This document shows, in pieces, positions 30,087-41,294 of a stretch of 64,000 nt of DNA (position 1 is its first letter; each line of letters starts with the position of its first letter). This DNA is from an uncultured Acidimicrobiia bacterium (GTDB taxonomy: Bacteria > Actinomycetota > Acidimicrobiia > Spongiisociales > UBA5794), in contig CAWEUW010000007.1 of the NCBI GenBank assembly GCA_963812375.1, positions 560,535 through 624,534 on the forward strand. The letters run 5' to 3'. Position numbers and translations under genes: made by a program. Below the pieces are notes generated by a model that did no database searches, was not told the DNA's origin, and saw nothing but the letters and a program-made list of their open reading frames with translations.

Positions 30087-30941
30087 TCACTCGGTGCGGG
30101 CGAAGCGAGCCACGGCGACGGCCAGTAGGACCACCGAGGTGGCGATGACGATGGCGACCTGCAACGGCACCGGCACCGGCCACGATCCCCAGTAGATCCC
30201 GGGGTTGTAGACGGCGCGGACGTCGGCGGGAACGGCGAGGTAGTCGAACACTGCGGAACGCATCGGCTCGACGGCGTAGGTCATCGGATTGAGCTTGGTG
30301 GCGATCTCGAGCCAGCGGGGGAGGTTGTACAGAGGGAAGAGCGCCCCGGAGAGGAACATCATCGGGGTGATGACCAGCTGGACCATCGGCATGGCGGTCT
30401 GGATCTGCTTCACCCGGGCCGCCAGCAGCAGGGCGAGGGCGGTGATCATGAACGCCATGAGGAAGGCGAGCACGGCCAGCTCGACCATCAGCAGCAGGTT
30501 GTAGGGGACGCCGACGACCGGGGAGAGCGCCAGGATCACCAGGCTCTGCATCGTGGCGACGGTGGCGCCCCCGAAGCACTTGCCGGTCATGATCGACGCC
30601 GTCGACACCGGGGCGACCATCATCTCGCGCAGGAAGCCGAACTCCCGGTCCCACACCATCGAGATGCCGGAGAAGGCGGCGGTGAACAGGACCGAGGTCG
30701 CCAGCACACCGGGGAACAGGAACGTCTCGAAGTCGACGTCGCCGGTCCCGACGTCGACGATCGACCCGAGCCCGGCACCGAGGACGAACAGGAACAACAG
30801 CGGCTGGACCAGCGAAGAGACCATCCGCGACCGGTCGCGGGAGAAGCGGATCATCTCCCGCTGCCACACCACGAAGCCCGCCCGTATCTCGTGGGCGAGA
30901 CCCCGCGCCGGCCGGTGGGTGGCGGCGATGGTGGTGGTCAT
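30087..30941 (-). CDS. ABC-2 type exporter permease (DrrB-like)
   Basis: VWQRE...F.RD, FLFPG, DREFGFLREMMVAPV, NP.TYAV. Confidence 0.9.
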   Translation of the reverse strand: MTTTIAATHRPARGLAHEIRAGFVVWQREMIRFSRDRSRMVSSLVQPLLFLFVLGAGLGSIVDVGTGDVDFETFLFPGVLATSVLFTAAFSGISMVWDREFGFLREMMVAPVSTASIMTGKCFGGATVATMQSLVILALSPVVGVPYNLLLMVELAVLAFLMAFMITALALLLAARVKQIQTAMPMVQLVITPMMFLSGALFPLYNLPRWLEIATKLNPMTYAVEPMRSAVFDYLAVPADVRAVYNPGIYWGSWPVPVPLQVAIVIATSVVLLAVAVARFARTE

Positions 30942-30945
30942 CGGG

Positions 30946-31941
30946 TCACCTCCTCCGCCAGGCCATGGCGATCATGCGGTTGTTCAGCCCACCCTCCTCG
31001 ACGTCGCGGATGGTCGAGCCGGTGTGGGCGAGAAAGACGTCATCGAGGGTGGGCCGGGTCACGGTCACCGAGCGGATGGGGACGCCGAGGCCGCCGAACA
31101 GCCTGGGGACGAACCCGGCGCCATCGGGCACGGCGACGGTCACCGCTCCCTCGTGGATCGCCGCCTCCAGCCCGAACCCCGCTCGCAGCGCCGAGATGGC
31201 GGCGTCGTTGTCGTCGGTCTGGAGCTGGACCCGGTCCTTGCCGATGCCAGCCTTGAGCTCCTCGGGCGTGCCCAGGGCGACGATCTCGCCGTGGTTGATG
31301 ATGCCGATGCGGTCGCAGTGCTCGGCCTCCTCCATGTAGTGGGTGGTGACGAACACCGTGATGTCCTGGTTCTCGTGGAGCCCCCCCAAGTACGCCCAGA
31401 TCGAGGCACGCGTCTGCGGGTCGAGACCGATGGTGGGCTCGTCCAGGAACAGCACCTGCGGTGAGTGGAGCAGCCCGCGGGCGATCTCGAGCCGGCGCCG
31501 CATCCCGCCGGAGAAGGTGTTGACCAGATCGTCGCGGCGCTCCCACAAGCCCACCATGTCCAGGACCTCGCGCCGGCGGGCGGGGGCGGTGGCACGGTCG
31601 ACGCCATACAGCTCGCCGTGGAAGCGGAGGTTCTGGTCGGCGGTGAGGTAGCCGTCGAGCGTCGGCTCCTGGAACACGAGGCCGATGCGGCGACGAACTT
31701 CGGCGCGGTCGGCGGAGACGTCGAGCCCGGCTACCCGCGCCGTCCCTTCGCTGGCGGTGACGAGCGTGCACAGGATGCCGATCGTCGTCGACTTCCCCGC
31801 CCCGTTCGGCCCGAGAAAGCCGAAGATCTCCCCGGGCTCGACCCGCAGGTCGATGCCGTCGACGGCGACGATCTCGCCGTACCGCTTGACGAGCCCGCTC
31901 ACCTCGACGGCCGGTGGAGTCGATGGCCGGGTTGTCTTCAC
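30946..31941 (-). CDS. ABC exporter ATP-binding protein (DrrA-like)
   Basis: GPNGAGKST, FSGGMRRRLEIAR, LFLDEPT.GLDPQTR, TTHYMEEAE, TLDDVFL; GAGGAG RBS. Confidence 0.9.
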   Translation of the reverse strand: MKTTRPSTPPAVEVSGLVKRYGEIVAVDGIDLRVEPGEIFGFLGPNGAGKSTTIGILCTLVTASEGTARVAGLDVSADRAEVRRRIGLVFQEPTLDGYLTADQNLRFHGELYGVDRATAPARRREVLDMVGLWERRDDLVNTFSGGMRRRLEIARGLLHSPQVLFLDEPTIGLDPQTRASIWAYLGGLHENQDITVFVTTHYMEEAEHCDRIGIINHGEIVALGTPEELKAGIGKDRVQLQTDDNDAAISALRAGFGLEAAIHEGAVTVAVPDGAGFVPRLFGGLGVPIRSVTVTRPTLDDVFLAHTGSTIRDVEEGGLNNRMIAMAWRRR

Positions 31942-32009
31942 TCGCGGATGCCTCCTCGAAGGGATATCTAAGCCCCTCGGCGAGGCTGCGGTGACGCCGG
32001 CGGGGGGCG

Positions 32010-33582
32010 TCAGGGCGGTGCCGGACCGGGCCACGAGGCGTGGCCGTTGGTCTCCCGATCGAGGACGGCGACGGTGGCGTCGAACATCGTCCGGGCCGCA
32101 TCAGGGGTCTCGGCGATGGCGACGATCCCCAGCTTGCCGAACTCGGACATCGCCCCGAGGAGGTGGAACACCACACCGCGGTGCTCGGCGGCGTCGAAGT
32201 GCAGGCCGTTGCACACCGCGATGTCGATCAGGTCGTCGGGGGCGAGCCCCCGGTAGGAGGGGCTCTGCACGTTGTCCGATGCGACGTAGCAGCGTCCATC
32301 CCGCTGCGGGTGACATGAAGCCCGCATCCGAGTCGTACGACCCGTCGGTGAGGAACTGCAACATCAGGAAGGGCAGGGTCGTCCCTCCCTTGCGAAGGTT
32401 GATCTCGATCGCGGTAATGGTCCCAGGCGCCGTCCCGGGGCACGGACACGAAGTCGATGCTGTGCCGCCCGATGACGCCACGGCGGGCGAGTTCCCCGGA
32501 GACCTGCCGGGCGGCGTCGTGGAGGGCGACCCGGTATGCCGGGTCGCCGGGAACGTGCATCCCAGGTACGTCTGCATCGACCGGCCCCCCAACAGCTGGT
32601 CGTGGGTCGACACCAACTCGACCGTTCCCAGCGGGTTCACCCGGCACTGCACCGACGGGGACCTCGCAGCTGGGGATTCGATGAAGCATTCGGCGATGCC
32701 TCCCATCTCACCGAGCTTCGCCAGGTAGCTCTCCGGGTTCTCGGCGTCGGCCTCGAACGTGAGGCCGAGTGGCAGGCGGCGGCCGATCTGGTGACGGAGG
32801 TCGGTGCCGGCGTCGATGCCCGCGAAGCTGAACACGGCGTTCCCTTTGCCGGAGAAGCCTTCGTCGAGCTTGACGACCGCCCGGCCCAGTTCGGGGTGGA
32901 GGCGCTTGAGCCCGCCGAGCGCTTCGACCAGATCGTCCTGATCGCGCAGGTGCTCAAAGCCGTCCGGGAGGGCCACCCCGACGCTGCGGAACAGCTCCCG
33001 GCTGCCGCTCTTCGATCCGAGCGACGACAGGGCCGGATCGCACGTGTACATGGGGAGATCCAGCCGCACCGCCAGGCTTCGCTCGGCATCGGTGGAGGCG
33101 AAGCACGTCATGTGCGAGCCCTCCGGCGCCACCAGCTCGGCGGTGATGCGGTTCAGCAGGCGGGGACGGTCGAGGATCTTCGACGAGAGTGGTCGAGTCG
33201 TGCCGTCGTCACACGACAGCAAGCTGAGGCGGCGCTGCGCATGACGAGTCGGAACCCCGGGCAGCAGGTGGAGGTAGTAGTCGACGACCGCCGGGTGCAC
33301 CGGTTGGCTGGTCACGTAGATGACCTTGGTGCCGGGGAGCCGCAGCAGCATGAGCATGCACAGCATCCGCTCCTCGTAGTGGAGCACGCCGGAGATCTTG
33401 GCCAGCTCCGACTCGGGGAGGCTGAGGCTGGGGACCACGACCACCGTGCGTGGCTCGAGCGGGTCGGAGAACACCCTGTCGTGGATCTCGGCCATGCGGA
33501 GCTGGAGGCGGGCGAACGCAGCGTGTTCCTCCGGGCTCCCCATGGGAGGCGCCGCACGATCCGGCCGGTCGGTTCCCGTCAC
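32010..33582 (-). CDS. Peptide ligase PGM1-related ATP-grasp protein (frameshifts near 32300-32550)
   Basis: VVVVPSLS, HYEERMLC.L.LLR.P...IYVTS, LSSKILDRP, GSKSGSR..F, VVKLDEGFSG.GN, SPSVQ, EINLRKGGTT.P, VFHL.GA..E.GK.G. Confidence 0.8.
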
Positions 33583-33672
33583 GGCCCGACTATGGCCCCG
33601 AAGGAACTCGGCGCACACGGCCGAAAGACCCGGAACACCGCGTACTCGGCGTGAGCTCGGGAAGGTCGGACC

Positions 33673-34503
33673 TCAGATGAGGACTTCGGCGAGCTTCCGG
33701 TAGCCGGCCATCCGGTCGTCACCGACCACGTGGACCCCGACGTGGTCGGCGCCGGCGTCGAGGCGGGCCCGTAGCCCGGCGGCGACCTCCTCCGCCGTGC
33801 CGTGGAGGAACAGGGCGTCGATCAGGGCGTCGCTGCCCCCGCCGGCGATGTCGGACTCCGCCCACCCCTCGCGCATCAGGTTCCTGCGGTAGTTGACCCG
33901 GGACAGGTATGACGCAACGAAGGAGCGCCCGACCTCTCGAGCGTGTCCCGGGTCGGTGTCGAGCACCACCTTCTGGTCGGGCGCCAGCAGCGGGCCCTCC
34001 CCGATCACCTGGCGGGCGTACGCGTGGTGCCGGGGCGTGGTCAGGTAGGGATGGGCGCCCGCGGTCCGGTCGGCGGCGATGCGGAGCACCTTGGGTCCGA
34101 GAGCGGCGAGCACCATCTGCTCTCGGGGAACGCCGGCGGCGTCGAGCTGGTCCAGGTACTCGCCGATCTTGTCCACCGGGTCCCGGTACTCCTGGGTCGC
34201 CTCGGGATGACCGATGCCGACACCGAGCACGAACCGGTCCGGGTGAGCGGAGGCGATCCGGTGGTAGGAGGCGGCCACCTCTGTGGCATCTTCCCGCCAC
34301 ATGTTGACGATCCCGGTGACCACCGGGAGCGACTCGGTGGCGTCGATCAGTTCCTCGACCTGGCGCAGGTCGCCCTTCGGAGAGCCGCCGACCCACACCG
34401 ATCCGTAGCCGAGGCCTTCGACCTCTCGGGCCATCTCCGGGGTGGTGTTGCGCAGCATCTGCCAGAAGCCGAATTCGCCGAGCTGCACGGTCACCGTCCT
34501 CAT
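33673..34503 (-). CDS. LLM-class F420-dependent oxidoreductase
   Basis: E.LGYGSVWVGG, TGIVNMW, RFVLGVG.GH, AALGPKVL..A..R..GAHPY. Confidence 0.85.
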   Translation of the reverse strand: MRTVTVQLGEFGFWQMLRNTTPEMAREVEGLGYGSVWVGGSPKGDLRQVEELIDATESLPVVTGIVNMWREDATEVAASYHRIASAHPDRFVLGVGIGHPEATQEYRDPVDKIGEYLDQLDAAGVPREQMVLAALGPKVLRIAADRTAGAHPYLTTPRHHAYARQVIGEGPLLAPDQKVVLDTDPGHAREVGRSFVASYLSRVNYRRNLMREGWAESDIAGGGSDALIDALFLHGTAEEVAAGLRARLDAGADHVGVHVVGDDRMAGYRKLAEVLI

Positions 34504-34621
34504 CCGGGTTCCAGCCGTTCTAGCCAACACCGCGCCGAAATCCAACCGGCAGGTCCGCGGATCACGTGACGCTGTCGTGACGCTGCCCTGGAACGCTCCA
34601 CTCCGAGCCGAGGGAGACCAG

Positions 34622-35066
34622 ATGATGCACGTCGACATCACGATGGTGGAGCAGCTTGCTTTCAAGCTCGACTGCGACGCCTTCTACTACATCATAACAC
34701 GGCCGATGCGTTGCGGCTCGAGATGGACCGGCGGGCGTTCAGTGGAACAACGCCCCGCGGACGACCATCGAGTTCGTGGGATTCCGTGACAACGGCGACT
34801 GCATGACAGGGATGTGGGATCGGTCGGACGGCTCGATCGCCACCAGCCGAACCTGGACGTACGTCGTTCATGACGACGAAGTCCTGATCAGGGCAGGTGA
34901 TGGGTCGACCATCCGTGGCGTGTCTGGGCGAGGATCGTGCGACGCTCGCCATCGGGCCACACACGTACCTGGTTGGACACGGCGGCCTCTGAGCTCCTCA
35001 GAGCCAGACCGTCTCCGGGGTTTCCCGTGGCCACCGGATGGGAAGGAGCGTGCTCGTGAGCTCTGA
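34622..35066 (+). CDS. Hypothetical protein (possibly frameshifted, boundaries unclear)
   Basis: GAGGGAG RBS before ATG at 34622; protein-like segments in shifting frames (MHVDITMVEQLAFKLD..., TIEFVGFRDNGDCMTGMWD). No family recognised. Confidence 0.2.
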
Positions 35067-35077
35067 AGGAGGAGCGG

Positions 35078-35492
35078 ATGGATCAACGAGTAAGTGACGT
35101 GATGACCGCCAACCCGGTTTCGGTCCCCGACGATGCCGACCTGGTCAGGGTGGCCGAGATCATGCGGGACCGCGACATCGGAGACGTCGTGGTGCGGTCG
35201 AACGGGTCGGTCGTCGGGATCATCACCGATCGTGACTTGGTGGTGCGGGGGCTCGCCGAAGGCAATGTCCAGTTGTTGACTGCCCGCTACGTCTGCACCC
35301 GCGACCTGACCAGCGTGTGCAGCGAAGACAGCGCCTCCTCGGCCGTGGACCTTATGCGCGAAGGCGATCAGGCGGTTGCCGGTGATCGACGACGGTGAGC
35401 TGGTGGGCATCGTCACGATCGGCGACCTGGCCCAGGACCGCGACCCCGACTCGGCCCTCGCCGGCATCAGCCAGGCGCCGCCCAACAACTAA
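35078..35492 (+). CDS. CBS-domain protein (frameshift near 35365)
   Basis: VSDVMT.NPVSV, MRDRDIGDVVV...VVGIITDRDLVVR, then RLPVIDDGELVGIVTIGDLA; GAAGGAGG RBS. Confidence 0.85.
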
Positions 35493-36183
35493 TCAACGGG
35501 TCCGTCGGGACGGAGGCCGGGCGAGCCGGACGGCGGTGCTGCACTCCCGCCGGCATGGACCGTGCCATCGAAGACAGAAGCGACGATCGACGGCCTGGTG
35601 CGCGGTGACGCACGCCGAGCTGGACGAAGTTGTCCACCACGTCGACCCGCCACACGTCTCCGACCGCCTCGAACAGGCGTACCAGGTCCGATACCGGGTG
35701 GTAGTGGTGGCGTGGGGTGCCGCTGCCGTCGCGGCTTGGTGTAGTAGGACACGAGCAGCGTGCCCGATGGGGCAACGTGGCCCATCAGGTTCGCCGTCAG
35801 CCGGTGCGTTGCTTCAGCGGACAGGTCCTCACGATGCAGGTGCGAGATGGCCCGGCAGAAGACCACATCGAACGGAGCCTCCGTGGGGAAGGCCATCTCG
35901 GCGTTGCCTACGTAGAACTCGAGGTGCGGGTACCGGTCGCGGGCGACGGCGACACCACCTTCGGAGAGGTCGATCCCACACACGTCGAAGCCGAGCTCGG
36001 AGAACACCGACGTCCAGAATCCGTCACCACAGGCAACGTCCACCAACCTCGGCCTTGCCTCGCGCCGTGCGCCTTCAAGCCGAACGCCTCGACGTAGTGC
36101 TGCAGTGTCCATGCCACCCAGCGGGCGCGATCCGTGTCATATCCGAACCCGCCGGAGCGGTAGTGATCGTCGTAGTGGCCCAT
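35467..36183 (-). CDS. Class I SAM-dependent methyltransferase (frameshifted; 3' end uncertain)
   Basis: LVDVACGDGFWT motif I, GIDLSEGGV..AR, FDVVFC. Confidence 0.7.
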
Positions 36184-36342
36184 CGCCGACAAACTCCCCA
36201 AGTCTCGAAGCGATCGCGCCGAGAACGCTACCGGCTCCCGACCAAGGTCGACCGACTCGCCTTCCTCAGCGCTCACCGAATCGCGGCCGGCTTGGCCCGG
36301 GATGAGGCGGGACACGGGCATCGGCCGCCGGTGACGGCGCCG

Positions 36343-37362
36343 CTACCTGCGGCGCTCGGAGCGGGCGATGATCGCCCGCTGCGCCACGATGAAGAGGAGG
36401 AGCAGCGCCCCGATGATGATCTTCGTCCACGCCTGCTCGGCGCCCATGAACGAGATGGTCGTGATGATCGTCCCGTACACGAGCACCCCGACGAGGGAGC
36501 CCAACACGTAGCCGCTACCTCCCGTCAGCAACGTCCCGCCGATGACGACGGCGGCGATGACGTCGAGCTCGGTCCCGATGCCGTTGCGCGGATAGCCCGC
36601 ACCCGAGTAGGCGGTCAGCACCACACCGGCAAGGCCCCCGCAGAGGCCTGAGATCACGTACACCAACACGGTGGTGCGTGCGACCTTCAGCCCCATCAGG
36701 GCGGCGTGGGCGTTTCCTCCGATGGCGTATGTCGTACGACCGAAGCGGGTGAACCCCATCACGTACGCCCCGACCGCCATCACCGCCAGCGCCAGGATGC
36801 CGGTGGGAGAGACGTACCACTCCCCGAACCGGATCCTCGTCGACTGCAGCCACAGCACCGCCGTGTCGTCCACCCTGATCGACTCCAGGCTCACGACGAA
36901 GGCGAGCCCGCGGGCGAGGAACAGGCCGGCCAGAGAGGCGATGAAGGGTTGGACGTCGAAGAACACGACCAGGACCCCGATGAGGAGGCCGATGAGGGCC
37001 CCGACGAGCAGGACGGTCGGCACCGCGACCAGCGGCGACATGCCACCGGCGAGGAGCTTGGCCAGCCAGATCCCGGTGAACGCCATGACCGAGCCCACCG
37101 ACAGGTCGATGCCACCGGTGATGATCACGAACGTCATGCCGACGGCAAGGATCAGCAGGTAGGCGTTGTCGAGCAGCAGCGAGGACAGGTTGCGTCCGGT
37201 GATGAAGTCCCCGCGCAGCAGCACCTCGGCAGCGATGAGGAGGACGATGAGGATGGCGATGGCGGCGAATGTGGGGAGCAGCGTCGACCGCCGGCTGATG
37301 AACGTCCGGTACCGCACGGCGAGGCCGGTGGACTCCCGCCCCGTGCCCTCCAGGGTCGTCAT
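36343..37362 (-). CDS. Monosaccharide ABC permease (YjfF-like)
   Basis: NAYLLILAVGMTFVIITGGIDLSVGS, QPFI.SLAG.FLARG, T.FGR..YAIGGN, ELD.IAAVVIGGT.L.GG.G. Confidence 0.9.
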   Translation of the reverse strand: MTTLEGTGRESTGLAVRYRTFISRRSTLLPTFAAIAILIVLLIAAEVLLRGDFITGRNLSSLLLDNAYLLILAVGMTFVIITGGIDLSVGSVMAFTGIWLAKLLAGGMSPLVAVPTVLLVGALIGLLIGVLVVFFDVQPFIASLAGLFLARGLAFVVSLESIRVDDTAVLWLQSTRIRFGEWYVSPTGILALAVMAVGAYVMGFTRFGRTTYAIGGNAHAALMGLKVARTTVLVYVISGLCGGLAGVVLTAYSGAGYPRNGIGTELDVIAAVVIGGTLLTGGSGYVLGSLVGVLVYGTIITTISFMGAEQAWTKIIIGALLLLFIVAQRAIIARSERRR

Positions 37363-38405
37363 CCCGTCGCCTCCATCTCGGCGGTGGTGTCGGTGACGTC
37401 ATGGGAGCCCGACCGCCGGAAGAGGTTCCTGACCACCTGGTGCAGGCGCGGCGACTGGATCATGACCACGAGAATCACGACGACGGCGAAGAACACCGGG
37501 CTCTGGGCCGGTGGGACACCGAGGAAGAGGATCGTCGAGTTGAGCGTCTGGATGATCAGGACGCCCACCACGGAGCCGGCGATGGTGAACTTGCCCACCC
37601 ATCAGCGAGGTGCCGCCCAACACCACGGCGAGGATGGCGTACAGCTCGATGAACTGGCCGGCGGCGTTGGCGTCGGCCGCCCGGATGTTGGAGGCGTAGA
37701 TGATGCCGGCGATCCCGGCGAGCACGCCGCTGGCCGCGTAGGCCCACCAGATGATGCCCGCGAGCGCACCCCGGCGAGACGGCTGGCCTCGGGATTGATG
37801 CCGACGGCCTCGGTGAGGACCCCGAGTGCGGTGCGCCGCTCGATCAGCGAGATCGCGGTGATGGCCGCCACCGAGATGAAGAAGGCGAACGGCAGGAGCA
37901 CGTACCCGCTGGAGATGAACTGGAGCGGCGACTGTTGACGGTCGTGATGAAACCGTCCGTGATGAGGAGCTGCCACCCCTGCCCGCCAGCATCAGCACGA
38001 GCGTGGCGATGATCGGCTGGATACCCACCACCGAGACGAGAAACCCGTTCCAGACGCCGAGCACGAACCCGATCGCGATTCCGACCGCGATGGCGACGAC
38101 GACGGTGCCGAGTCTCTGGATCGGCGGCGCCGTCGATGATCGTCAGCGTCGACCGCGCCGGACACGGCCATGACCGCCCCCACCGACAGGTCGATGCCAC
38201 GGGTGGCGATCACCACCGTCATCCCAAGGGACACGAGCATGAGCGGAGCGCTGTTGCGCAGGATGTCGATGAGCGCGCCGTAGAGCTGGCCGTCGCTGCA
38301 CGGTGATGCTGACGAACTCGGGGCGGGCGATCGTGTTAAGCACCACCAGCGCGAGCAGCGCCACCAGCGGCCAGAAGAGCCGGTGCTTGACGCCAGCCTC
38401 CTCAT
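37359..38405 (-). CDS. Monosaccharide ABC permease (YtfT-like), frameshifted
   Basis: LVSLGMT.VIATRGIDLSVGA, IQPIIATLVLM.AGRG, EAVGINPEASRLAG, IELYAILAVVLGGTSL.G. Confidence 0.85.
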
Positions 38406-39961
38406 GCGGTGCTCCCCCACCCTCGTTGGCATGTCGTCGACCACGTCCGTCGATATCGACCTCGCCCGAGTCGAGCTCGCCGATCGCGCTGGCGGTCTCT
38501 CATGACGACGATGCGCTGAGCCAGTCGGAGCACCTCTTCGAGCTCGGCGGAGATGAAGATGACGGACAGCCCGCTCTCCGACAGCTCCGCGACCTTCGCC
38601 TGGAGGTCGGCCTTGGTGCCGACATCGATGCCGCGGGTCGGCTCGTCCAGGATGAGAGCTCGGGCGCCGTGGCGAGCCATCGGGCGATCAGCACCTTCTG
38701 CTGGTTACCCCCCGACAGGTTGCCGGCGACCATGTCGGATCGGCCGGTCGGACGTCGAGTGCCGCCATGTACTCGGACACGACCGACTCCTGTTCGGACG
38801 CCGGAGCCTCCGCCATCCCCTGACGCGCCTGGATGCCGAGCACGATGTTCTCGGCGACGGTGAGTTCGCCGACGATGCCCTCGGCGCGGCGATCCTCGGA
38901 CGAGAAGGCGATGCCATGCCCGATGGCGTGACGGGGAGTGGCCATCTTGGCCGGCTCGCCGTTCACCTCGATGGTGCCCGCAGTCGGCCTGGTCGGCGCC
39001 GTACAGCAGCCGGACCAACTCGGTGCGCCCCGAGCCGAGGAGGCCGGCGATGCCGACGATCTCGCCCTCGTAGACGTCGAGGTCGGCCGGCTCGAGCAGG
39101 CCGCCGTTTGCGCCGACGTCCGGTCGCCCGAGGACGGGCGTCCCGGTGCGGTCGATTTCGCGCGTCGGCGGTCTGCGGAGATCGCCTCGAGGTCCTTGAG
39201 CTCGTGGCCGATCATCTTGGTCACCAGGTCCTCCCGGGGCAAGTCGTCGGCGCAGGAACTCGCCGACCAGCTCGTCCGTTGCGCAGGACCGTGATGCGGT
39301 CGGAGATCTCGTAGACCTGGTCGAGGAAGTGGCTCACGAACAGGATGGCCACCCCGCGTCCGCAGGCCCGCGGATCACGGCGAACAGCCGCTCGACCTCA
39401 CCGCGGTCCAGACTCGAGGTCGGCTCGTCGAGGATGAGAACCTTGGCGTCGAGCACCATCGCCCGACTGATCGCGACGAGCTGCTGAATGGCGATGGAGT
39501 GGTTGGCCAGCAGCGACCGGGTGTCGATCGCGATCCCAAGGCTCGCCGAGGTGCTCGGCGGCCTCGCGGTGCAGTGGCCTTCCAGTCGATCCGGCCGGCC
39601 GCGGGGCTCGTGGCCGAGCATGACGTTCTCACCCACGGAGAGGTTGGTGCAGAGGTTGAGTTCCTGGTAGACCGTCGAGATGCCGGCTGACTGCGCATCG
39701 GCGGTGCTGCGGAAGACGCGGCTGGTCACCGGCCACTTGGATCGACCCGCTGTCGATCGGGTACACGCCGGTCAGCGCCTTGATGAGGGTGGACTTGCCT
39801 GCGCCGTTCTCGCCCATCAGCGAGTGAACCTCGCCGCGGCGCAGGTCGAAGTCGACGTTGTCGAGGGCGAGGACGCCCGGGAAAGCGGATGGTGATGCCC
39901 CGCATCTCGACGACCGGTGGCCGTTGTCAGCTGGCACGTCACCTCCTCGATCGGCCTGCAT
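38402..39961 (-). CDS. Monosaccharide ABC ATP-binding protein (YtfR-like, two NBDs), frameshifted
   Basis: [64 protein letters not shown]. Confidence 0.9.
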
Positions 39962-40051
39962 CCTCGGAGTCGGTGTCCGACCGGGGCTCGGAGGTTCCGG
40001 TCCCCGGCGCGGAGTGCCACGACCTGTCTGCGTCGGTAGACGGTCGATGGA

Positions 40052-41114
40052 TCAGTACGGGCGGGAGTCGATCACCTCGGCGGCCTGTTCCTGCGTGAAG
40101 CCTGGTCGGCGACGAAGTAGGCCTTGTCGACACGTCTCTCGTCGGCCAGGACGCACGTCAAGGTCGGCCGCCAGATCACCCAGCAGCGGGTTGCACTCGA
40201 CGATGTAGTTGATCTTGCCGTCGACGAGAGCCTGCATGCCGTCCTTGACGGCGTCGATGGAGACGATCTTGATGTCCTCGCCCGGCGTGCCGCCGGCGGC
40301 CTCGATCGCCTCGATCGCACCCAACGCCATGTCGTCGTTGTGGGCGTACAGCAGGTCGATGCCGTCAACCCCGAACTTCTGGAGGAAGCCCTCCATCACG
40401 GTCTTGCCACCGTCGCGGGTGAAGTCACCGGTCTGCGAGGCGATCGTCTCGATGCGCGGTGCCCTCGATGGCCTCGTTGAAGCCCTCGGCGCGGTCGTTG
40501 GCCGGGGCCGAACCGGTGGTGCCTTCGAGAACCACCATCTTCGTCGGGGTGTCGCCGAACTCCTCGGCCGCCCACTCACCGGCGGTGACGCCCTCCTTGT
40601 GGAAGTCGAGACCGACCCAGGAGGCGTACAGCTCGTCCGAAGCCGTCACGGTGCGGTCCTCGAGGACGACCGGAATGCCGGCGTCTTTCGCCTCCTGGAG
40701 CACGTCGTCCCAACCGTCCTCGACGATCGGGGCGATGACGATCGCGTCCACGCCCTGGTTGATGAAACTACGGACCGCAGCGATCTGCGCCGCCGGGTCG
40801 TTGTCGGCCGCGTTGAAGACCAGCTCGAAGCCGTTCTCCTCCGAGAACGCCGCCTTCATCGACTCCGTGTTGGCCGTCCGCCAGCCCGACTCCGAGCCGG
40901 TCTGGGCGAAGCCGACGACGACCGGCTCGCCCTGCTGCTGCCTCCGCTTCCGGCCGATCCTGTGGCTCGGTACTCGGCGCCGGTATCGGTGCTGCGGTCA
41001 CCGTGCCGCGGTCGTAGCCGGCGCGTCGGCGTCGTCGTCGCCCCCGCAGGCGGCGACCGCCAGAGCGAACGGCCAGCAGCATCCGAACGGCCCCGTCCAC
41101 TTCCTCGGTGTCAT
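40052..41114 (-). CDS. Monosaccharide-binding lipoprotein (YtfQ-like), frameshifted
   Basis: VAAC lipobox, VGFAQTGSESGWRTANTES, I..Q.VDAI.IAP.VE.GW, LEGTTGSAPA.DR..GF, AHND.MALGAI.AI, ECNP.LG. Confidence 0.85.
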
Positions 41115-41193
41115 TGCTCTGCTCCTCATCGGGGTCCCTTTTCGCTCATCCGATGGTGCCGAGTGACTCGCATCCCGCCGGACATCCCCATGT

Positions 41194-41219
41194 CGTTATC
41201 GTTAACGGGAACGCTAACA
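41194..41219. promoter_or_regulatory. Tandem LacI-type operator upstream of the YtfQ-like importer
   Basis: CGTTATCGTTAACGGGAACGCTAACA; its reverse complement matches 45192-45217 at 22/26 positions. Confidence 0.75.
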
Positions 41220-41294
41220 ACATGTGCTCGTGCCCTGTCCACCGGTTCGGAGGTCGCTACTTTCGCCGCCGGGCCAGGCGGTCGCGTTCCAGTG

